From Candidatus Bathyarchaeota archaeon (GTDB taxonomy: Archaea > Thermoproteota > Bathyarchaeia > TCS64), in NCBI GenBank assembly GCA_043826455.1, contig JBDRQD010000015.1, positions 160,001-224,000 of the forward strand: a stretch of 64,000 nt of DNA, read 5' to 3'. Shown one piece after another: positions 57,289 through 64,000 of this stretch (the first letter of the stretch is position 1; each line of letters opens with the position of its first letter). Position numbers and translations under genes: made by a program. The notes beneath the pieces were generated by a model. The model made no database searches. It had not been told where the DNA came from and saw only the letters and a program-made list of their open reading frames with translations.

Positions 57289-58017
57289 CCTCCGTTGTTA
57301 CGAGCCGCCTTTAATTTTTTTTGGGTTTGTACCCAGTGGCATAGTATAAGCGATTTTTAGGGATGGTTCTCCGGGGTTCCAAGGTTTGTTACAAGCTACA
57401 TGTAATTTAGCGAATTAGGGGAGTTGATGACAGCTGCGTGGAAGAACGTGATATTTTTGAGTTGTATTTGGCTAAATTCCACTATATGGGCCCTTTTTTC
57501 CTATTTCTGAGATCATGTGAATTATTACATGGAGTATGTATGTTCAATGATTATTAGGAACGTAAATTCTAATGATAAAAAGATGTGAATTAAATTACGA
57601 CATAATTCTTCGTCTGAAACAGAACCCATAATTGCCGATTTTAAGAGTCCATCCTTAATATAAACCTAGAGAGTCAGGAAAATATGCGTCGAATTAGAAA
57701 AAAGAGGCTATGATCTACTTAACATTCTTGGCAAAGTAGTATAATGTTCCCACAAGCAAGAATAACCCACCGAAAAAGAGAACCATTCCGATTGATGAGT
57801 CTACTTGCATTGCGGCCTCTACTAGTCTTGTCCCTATCATCTTTGTTACCGCTCCTACCTGCCCGTGAAAGATGCATCACTGTGGCATCTGTTTGGGTAT
57901 TGAAATCGATCAATCTCGTATACGCGAGACGAAAAGAATCAACAATATACTAATGCGTGCAGTTACTTATAAACTGGCGTAACATATTTGCGTGAGTTTG
58001 GGTGGTGTTTCTGTTGG

Positions 58018-58473
58018 CTAAGGAAGCTGGTCTCGGGCTTGTTGAGTGATCTCAGGTTTGTTTCTCTTTGTGAGTATGCCATTATGCATCAGGGTTCGAC
58101 GGGTGCTGTTGGGGAGGTTTCTGATGGCGGCCTCATGGTCTCCGCTTTTTAAGATAGTCATGAGCTCGGATTTATGGAAGTAGACCATGTTTTGGAACGA
58201 CTTCTCATGGAGAGTCATGCCAGTCATGTTATAGAACCTTTCCTCGCGTCTTTTAGAGGCAGACTGCTTCTCTTCATTAACCTTGGCTTGGCCGATGCGC
58301 TGAGCGTCACGTAGCTCGGGGTCTCTGCTTCGGCGCATGGCTTTGACGTCTTTAAGTAGGTCGCCGCGTCTAACTCCTATCTGAGCGGCTATCTCTATGT
58401 AGTTGAGGTTCTGGCTTATTCCATCGAGAAGGGCCTGTCGGCGTGTCTCGGGTTCTCCTGGTGTAAATGTCAT
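58018..58473 (-). CDS. Hypothetical protein, possible HTH
   Basis: 151-aa ORF in AT-rich segment; LNYIEIAAQIGVRR resembles an HTH. Confidence 0.5.
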   Translation of the reverse strand: MTFTPGEPETRRQALLDGISQNLNYIEIAAQIGVRRGDLLKDVKAMRRSRDPELRDAQRIGQAKVNEEKQSASKRREERFYNMTGMTLHEKSFQNMVYFHKSELMTILKSGDHEAAIRNLPNSTRRTLMHNGILTKRNKPEITQQARDQLP

Positions 58474-58587
58474 TTTGTTTTCACTGCGTGGTGCTTGCTT
58501 CCACGCCGGAGGCGTGGCTTAGCGAAGAATCCTGCATATAACTATATGGCGTGGATGCATTTAAAGGAGTGTATTAGGGCTGGGGCC

Positions 58588-58743
58588 TTATTTTCCGCCC
58601 TTGGCTGGACACTTAGGGTTCTTGGTGTGTTCAGCTATGTTGCAGGCGATGTATCTTCCGCATTTTCCGTTGTGGTCGGCATGGTAGCTGACGAATATAC
58701 CGCACTGTTTACTGGGAGTGGGGATCTTCGCGTGGGGTTCCAT
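58588..58743 (-). CDS. Small Cys/His-rich ORF (51 aa)
   Basis: Hand-translated MEPHAKIPTPSKQCGIFVSYHADHNGKCGRYIACNIAEHTKNPKCPAKGGK. Confidence 0.35.
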   Translation of the reverse strand: MEPHAKIPTPSKQCGIFVSYHADHNGKCGRYIACNIAEHTKNPKCPAKGGK

Positions 58744-59265
58744 GATTATTCTAGGTTTCTCTGTCACGGTGATTCACTGCCAATTGGTAGTGGATCTGGG
58801 TTACAAACAAGAGCTACACTTATATGGTTAATAATGAGTAGAAAAACTACATCAGTTAATTGAAAAACGTGATATTGGCGTAATAAATTGTTTATAATAT
58901 TTTGTCGAGGATTATTGATGTTATACAAGCATTAAATATCATTAATAAGATAATAATTGTGTTATATGGGAAATGTTAATATAAATATATTATTATGTGA
59001 GCATACTTCTTAAATTTAAAGATGTATTAAGTTGTATATAAATATCTGTTTCTAATAATTTTAATGCTTGGGTGGTGTTGAAGAAGACGCGTATTAAAAT
59101 GATGGTAAAATGTTATGTTATATGGTGTTGTTGAAGACACCTGTTTTGTATATGTGCACGACATTGAAAGATTCCATCGTTAAGAGATTTTCCATTAAAT
59201 ATCATATAATATTGTTATATTGAGAAACTAATTATCCGTATCACAGAGAACATGCATCCGGAGGC

Positions 59266-59700
59266 TTACTCGACAAGCCTGTAGCTGTGGCCCTCGCCGC
59301 GCTCCACCACGCCCTCCTCCACCAGCTCCAGGAGCTTCCCACGAACGGTGACCCTGCTGCCCTTCCCCCGCTCCCTCTGCACCTCCCTGGTGAGCTGGCT
59401 CACGTTCTGGGGTCCCCTCACGGCCAGAACGTTGAGGATGACCCTGCTAACCTCGTCCCTGTGCTCCTCACCTCTGCCCAGGACCCTGCGGACGCTCACC
59501 AGCCTCTGGATGAGCTTCAGGGGCTCAGTGTAGAGGCTGGCCCCGGCCCGGACGTCCCCCATGAGCTGGGCTATCTCGGGGTACTGCCTGGACTCGGTGA
59601 GCATGGCCTCCAGGCTGTCGAGGCGCCGCATCATGGCCTCCAGCTTCCTGTTAAGCTCCTTCAGGTCGTCCTCCAGGCCAGACAAAGTGATCCACGACAC
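59266..59700 (-). CDS. Coiled-coil plus winged-HTH putative transcription regulator
   Basis: N-terminal heptads; ILNVL..GPQNVSQLTREV...SRVTVRGKLLELVEEGVV. Confidence 0.7.
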   Translation of the reverse strand: MSWITLSGLEDDLKELNRKLEAMMRRLDSLEAMLTESRQYPEIAQLMGDVRAGASLYTEPLKLIQRLVSVRRVLGRGEEHRDEVSRVILNVLAVRGPQNVSQLTREVQRERGKGSRVTVRGKLLELVEEGVVERGEGHSYRLVE

Positions 59701-59704
59701 ACGA

Positions 59705-60127
59705 TTATAGCTCTGCGGACAGTATCTCCATGGTGCCGTGGCGCATGTACTGGAGCCTCACCGGCTTGAACTTCAGTAGCGTGAACTCGGGGTTCTCGGG
59801 CTGCCCCCAGAAGGCCTCCGCGAAGCCCACGCAGCCGAAAATCTCCGCCTTCACGTCCTCATCGTACACGAACTCCACTGAGCCCGTCAACCGTACACTG
59901 CCTTCTTTGCCAGCATCCCCCACGGGGATGCAGACCTCCACCCTGGGGTTCATCACCATCTCCTGGACCTTGGCGTCCCTGGTGCCCGTAGTGTAGTAGA
60001 ATCCGCCGCTCCGCTTGATGAGCATCATGGCTCGGACGTGGGGCTGCCCCTCCACGCTGGTGGCCACGAAGCTCGTGGTGGTCAACCCTAGGTGGCTGTA
60101 AGCCTCATCGACCAGCTTCCCGTCCAT
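59705..60127 (-). CDS. Pyridoxamine 5'-phosphate oxidase-like FMN-binding protein
   Basis: VATSVEGQPHVRAM, KVQEMVMNPRV, VRLTG. Confidence 0.8.
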   Translation of the reverse strand: MDGKLVDEAYSHLGLTTTSFVATSVEGQPHVRAMMLIKRSGGFYYTTGTRDAKVQEMVMNPRVEVCIPVGDAGKEGSVRLTGSVEFVYDEDVKAEIFGCVGFAEAFWGQPENPEFTLLKFKPVRLQYMRHGTMEILSAEL

Positions 60128-60210
60128 GGGTTAACCATGGGCGCTTCTTTTATTGAATTTATCTCAAGGTTAACCCATATATTTCAGAACTGCTGATATC
60201 ATTGATTCTC

Positions 60211-61242
60211 ATGAACGTCGAGCTACTGAAGAAGCTCTCAGACGCCTTCGGGCCTCCGGGGGCCGAGGACGAGCCGAGGATGATCCTCCGTGAGGAGCTT
60301 GAGGCCTACGCCGACGAGGTGCAGGTGGACAAGCTGGGGAACATCTTCTTCACCCACAGGGGCGACGAGGACGCCCCCACCATAATGCTGGCCGCCCACA
60401 CGGACGAGGTGGGCGCCCTGGTCACCTACATAGAGGAGTCCGGTGTCCTCAGGTTCCACCCCTGGGGCATCGTGGACGGCCTCCTCCTGGGCCAGCGGTT
60501 CAGGCTAAGGGGCAGGAAGGGGGACCTCTACGGCATCGTAGGCAGCAAGCCGCCCCACGTCCTCAGCGAGGAGGAGCGAAAGAAGCCCATACCCGCCGAG
60601 GAGCTGTTCATCGACGTCGGCGCCATGACCCGGAAGGAGGCCGAGGACAAGGGCGCCTATGAGGGCATGATGGGCGTCTTCGACGTCGAGTTCAGGGACC
60701 TGGGCGACGGGTACCTCATGGGCAAGGCCCTTGACGACAGGGCAGGCTGCTACGTCATGGCCGAGGTCTTCAAGTGGGCCAAGGGCAAGCCCTACAACGT
60801 GGTGGCCGTGGGCACCGTCCAGGAGGAGGTGGGCCTCAGGGGCAGCAAGACCGCCGCATGGCAGGTGTACCCGGACTACGGGCTGGCGCTTGAGGGTACC
60901 TTCGCAGTGGACATGCCGGGGGTGCCGCCCCACAAGCAGAGCGCGGGCCTCAAGAAGGGGCCCGTGGTCACCATCGCTGACCGGAGCGTCATCGCTCACC
61001 CCAAGGTGCTGGGCAGCATCATGGAGGCCGCTCAGGCCGAGAGGATACCCTACCAGTACAAGAAGGTGCCAAGCGGCGGAACCGACGCGGGCAGCATCCA
61101 CCTCACCAAGGGGGGAGTCCCCAGCGGAACCATCGCCTGCCCCTGCAGGTATATACACGGCCCCGCGGCCATAACCACGGTTGAGGACCTGGAGAACACC
61201 GTACGGCTGGTCAAGGCCTTCATTAAGCGCATAAGCAGCTAA
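60211..61242 (+). CDS. M42 (TET/FrvX) aminopeptidase
   Basis: AAHTDEVG, KALDDRAG, QEEVGLRG, GGTDAG, RYIH. Confidence 0.93.
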   Translation: MNVELLKKLSDAFGPPGAEDEPRMILREELEAYADEVQVDKLGNIFFTHRGDEDAPTIMLAAHTDEVGALVTYIEESGVLRFHPWGIVDGLLLGQRFRLRGRKGDLYGIVGSKPPHVLSEEERKKPIPAEELFIDVGAMTRKEAEDKGAYEGMMGVFDVEFRDLGDGYLMGKALDDRAGCYVMAEVFKWAKGKPYNVVAVGTVQEEVGLRGSKTAAWQVYPDYGLALEGTFAVDMPGVPPHKQSAGLKKGPVVTIADRSVIAHPKVLGSIMEAAQAERIPYQYKKVPSGGTDAGSIHLTKGGVPSGTIACPCRYIHGPAAITTVEDLENTVRLVKAFIKRISS

Positions 61243-61443
61243 CCCTTTTTTTCACCCTTCCACCAAGACCGCTACGCGGCTCCAAAAAGGCGGGAAATAT
61301 ACGAAACTTGGCGAGGTCGTCACCAAACAGTCACGGCCGAAGCCCCAATCAGGATATTACTGGAAGATGAAGGTAGAAAACTCAAACCATATGTTAAATA
61401 GGGACTAATCAAGAAAGAAAATGGTCCATCAGGAGCATAATCC

Positions 61444-61884
61444 ATGGGGGTAGTTTCCAGAAGCAGGCTCAAGTCGCCGTGGCTGTTCCACGTGAACACT
61501 GGCTCGTGTAACGGCTGCGACATCGAGATAGTGGCCGCCTTAACCCCCCGGTACGACGCCGAGCGCCTGGGGTGCGTACTCGTCGGCTCCCCCAGACACG
61601 CTGATGTCATCCTGGTCACCGGGCCGGTCACCCGGCAGATGTACCCGCGGCTCCTGAACGTGTACAAGCAGGTGCCTGAGCCCAAGGTCGTCGTTGTGGT
61701 AGGGTCCTGCGGCACCTCGGGCGACGTCTTCGTGGGCAGCTACGTCATGGAGGGCCCCGTGGACGTGAACATCCCCGTGGACATCTACGTGGTGGGGTGC
61801 CCACCCCGGCCCGAGGCTATACTCAAGGGCATCGCTGAGGCTGTGAAGAAAAAATTTGGGGGAAGGAGCGATGGAAGGGACTAG
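61444..61884 (+). CDS. Group 4 [NiFe]-hydrogenase small subunit (NuoB-like)
   Basis: GSCNGCDIE, SPRHAD, VGSC, GCPPRP. Confidence 0.9.
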   Translation: MGVVSRSRLKSPWLFHVNTGSCNGCDIEIVAALTPRYDAERLGCVLVGSPRHADVILVTGPVTRQMYPRLLNVYKQVPEPKVVVVVGSCGTSGDVFVGSYVMEGPVDVNIPVDIYVVGCPPRPEAILKGIAEAVKKKFGGRSDGRD

Positions 61885-63070
61885 GGAGCTCAAGTACGAG
61901 TACAGCCGGCTCATACTGCCCATAGGTCCCGTGCACCCGGCCCTCAAAGAGCCCGTCCACTTCAAGGTCACCGTCAAGGGGGAGGAGATACAGGACGTTG
62001 CCCTCAGCCTCAGCCACGCCCACAGGGGCATAGAGGCCCTGGCGGAGACCAGAAACATCGTCCAGAACATGTACCTAGTGGAGAGGATGTGCGGCATCTG
62101 CAGCCACACCCACACCACCTGCTTCGTCCAGGCCGTGGAGGAGATCAAAGGCCTCCAGCTCCCCGAGAGGGCCCTGTACCTCAGGACCCTAATATTCGAG
62201 CTTGAGCGCATCCACAGCCACCTCCTCTGGGCCGGGGTCATGGCCTACGAGATGGGCTTCGACACTCTGTTCATGTACACTTGGACGGCCCGGGAGAAGG
62301 TCCTCGACCTCTTCGAGGAGACCACCGGCAACCGGGTCCACCACTCCATGAACATCATAGGCGGCGTCCGCTGGGACCTCACCCCCGAGATGATCCAGAG
62401 GACGTCCCATGTGGTCGAATACATCGAGAAAGCGTGCGCATTCATAAGGAAGAGCTTCCAGTCCAGGACAGCCGAGAAGAGGCTAACCGGGGTGGGGCTC
62501 CTAAGCACTGACGACGCCAGAAGCCTCTGCGTGGTGGGCCCCACCGCCAGGGCAAGCGGCGTAACCCTGGACATAAGAAGAGACGACCCTTACGCAGCCT
62601 ACAGAGACCTCAAGGACAGCTTTTCGGTGGCCGTGGACAACGGGGCAGACTGCCGCGCCAGGCTGGAGGTGCGCATGAAGGAGCTCCAGGAGTCGGTGAA
62701 CCTGGTGCGCGCCATCCTGGACCAGCTTCCCAGCGGAGACATCAAGCCAGCCGACAGCCAGGTGAGGCTGATGCGGGTCCCCGTGGGCGAGGCCTTCTCA
62801 AGGGTGGAGGCCCCCAGAGGAGAGCTCACCTACTACGTCTTAACGGACGGCAAGGAGGGGCTGCAGAGGCTCAAGGTGAGGACCCCGTCCCTAGCCAACT
62901 TCGCCGGCCTCAAAGCCATGCTGGTGGGCGGCGAGATAGCCGACATCCCCGTGGTCCTGGCGTCCATCGACCCCTGCATGAGCTGCACCAACAGGGTAGC
63001 AGCGGTGGACGCGGAGACGGGCAAGGAGAGGCTTATAGACTTCAACGACATAAGGAGGAGACCGACATAG
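61871..63070 (+). CDS. Group 4 [NiFe]-hydrogenase large subunit
   Basis: GPVHP, HRGIE, L1 ERMCGICSHTH, EAPRGE, L2 DPCMSCTNR plus C-terminal extension. Confidence 0.9.
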   Translation: MEGTRELKYEYSRLILPIGPVHPALKEPVHFKVTVKGEEIQDVALSLSHAHRGIEALAETRNIVQNMYLVERMCGICSHTHTTCFVQAVEEIKGLQLPERALYLRTLIFELERIHSHLLWAGVMAYEMGFDTLFMYTWTAREKVLDLFEETTGNRVHHSMNIIGGVRWDLTPEMIQRTSHVVEYIEKACAFIRKSFQSRTAEKRLTGVGLLSTDDARSLCVVGPTARASGVTLDIRRDDPYAAYRDLKDSFSVAVDNGADCRARLEVRMKELQESVNLVRAILDQLPSGDIKPADSQVRLMRVPVGEAFSRVEAPRGELTYYVLTDGKEGLQRLKVRTPSLANFAGLKAMLVGGEIADIPVVLASIDPCMSCTNRVAAVDAETGKERLIDFNDIRRRPT

Positions 63071-63093
63071 TCGACATCTACTCTGTGCTGGCC

Positions 63094-64000
63094 ATGTTCC
63101 CCGTCGTGGTGGTGGTGAGCCTCCTCTTCTCAGGCGTAGACAGGAAGCTCCACGCAAGGATGCAGCAGAGGGTGGGGCCCCCAGTGATCCAGCCCTTCTA
63201 CGACATGGTGAAGCTCATCCACAAGGAGAGGATAGTACCGCTAACATCATCACCCAGCATATTCGTGTCCGCCACCATCATGGCGGCCGCAATGGCCCTT
63301 CTAGGCGCCTCCATAGCGTTGACCAACGTATTCACCGGCACCAGCTTCATGGGGGACATTATACTCATCCTCTATCTGCTGGTCATCACATCTATCCTCG
63401 TCATGATCGGGGGCTCCTCCTCGGGGAACCCCTTCGGCGCCGTGGGTTTCTCCCGGAAGATGACCCTCCTCATAGGCTACGAGGTCCCCCTGCTCATCAG
63501 CATCATCCTGGTCTCCACCAAGACGGGGTTCACATTCTCCTACCATACCATCATAAGCCAACAGGTCCAGACAGGGGCCCTCCTGGCCACCACCTCGCCC
63601 AGCATGGCCATCTCGGCCCTCATCTTCATGTTGTGCATCCCGGCCAGCGTCGGCGTCGTCCCCTTCGACCTCAGCGAGGCCAAGACCGAGATCGCCCACG
63701 GCTCCCTCATCGAGTACGGCGGCCTCTACTTGGCCCTGCTGAAGCTGGCCAAGGACATAACCGGCTTCACCATGTCCTTCCTGGGGCTAACCCTGTTCTT
63801 CTACCTGCCCGCGGTCATACAGGGGCACGTGGCTCTCAACCCCTGGAGCACCGTGGGGGCGTGCATCGCCGGGTCCCTTGTGGTAACCTTCTTCACCATA
63901 ACCCTCCCGCGGACGGTGTCCGCCAGAGCCAAGCTGGGGCAAGCGTTAAAATTCTACATGGCGATATGGGCTCTGTCCCTTATAGCGGTGGCCCTCACAC
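63094..64000 (+). CDS. NuoH/MbhM/HyfC-like membrane subunit, 3'-truncated by window edge
   Basis: Hand-translated GVDRKLHARMQQRVGPP..QPFYDMVKL, SSSGNPF, PFDLSEAKTEI...EYGG; no stop before window end; an in-frame ATA at 63067 may be the true start. Confidence 0.88.
   Translation, partial: MFPVVVVVSLLFSGVDRKLHARMQQRVGPPVIQPFYDMVKLIHKERIVPLTSSPSIFVSATIMAAAMALLGASIALTNVFTGTSFMGDIILILYLLVITSILVMIGGSSSGNPFGAVGFSRKMTLLIGYEVPLLISIILVSTKTGFTFSYHTIISQQVQTGALLATTSPSMAISALIFMLCIPASVGVVPFDLSEAKTEIAHGSLIEYGGLYLALLKLAKDITGFTMSFLGLTLFFYLPAVIQGHVALNPWSTVGACIAGSLVVTFFTITLPRTVSARAKLGQALKFYMAIWALSLIAVALT

Noticed and set aside
57560..57960. Possible degraded gene fragments in the AT-rich segment
   Set aside because: Short open stretches without recognisable homology; a pseudogene call cannot be supported.
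61871..63070. Complex I NuoD or Mbx large subunit
   Set aside because: Both CxxC Ni-binding motifs are intact, which NuoD and MbxL lack.
525..63699. Many long antisense/alternate-frame ORFs in the track (e.g. 1163-2677+, 20188-21156-, 25377-26468+, 46117-47145+, 51260-52336-)
   Set aside because: Shadow ORFs from GC-rich codon bias opposite well-supported genes; no recognisable motifs.

Overview
Archaeal DNA, about 60-65% GC in most genes. Evidence for archaeal origin: TATA-type promoters ~25 nt before near-leaderless starts, oligo-T terminators, an archaeal SRP RNA, archaeal DnaG/TyrS and nurA-herA-mre11-rad50. The gene mix suggests Candidatus Bathyarchaeia (inference). The left ~37 kb is a peptide/amino-acid catabolism region: three S9 peptidases, three AbgB-like M20 amidohydrolases, M14/ASPA, DmpA, two PLP enzymes, MFS and an FtsX-like permease. 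It also holds a lower-GC operon of four uncharacterised membrane proteins (DUF6754-like first gene) directly upstream of a class III PLP enzyme carrying the racemase/epimerase-type Asp. That module is the best candidate for an undescribed system, possibly (D-)amino-acid/peptide uptake. The right part holds pncA-pncB, tyrS, a bacterial-type gap, dnaG with a structured leader, SRP RNA abutting a divergent nurA-herA-mre11-rad50 operon, mscS, an AT-rich orphan segment, an M42 peptidase and the start of a group 4 [NiFe]-hydrogenase operon. Signals not in the ORF track: a ~105-bp dispersed repeat (2 copies), an identical 25-bp direct repeat bracketing pncAB, a 24-aa GCGCGCG micropeptide gene upstream of mntP, and an AT-rich in-frame patch inside herA. 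No CRISPR array, tRNA, rRNA or transposase was seen. Family assignments come from motif recognition only; no database search was run.
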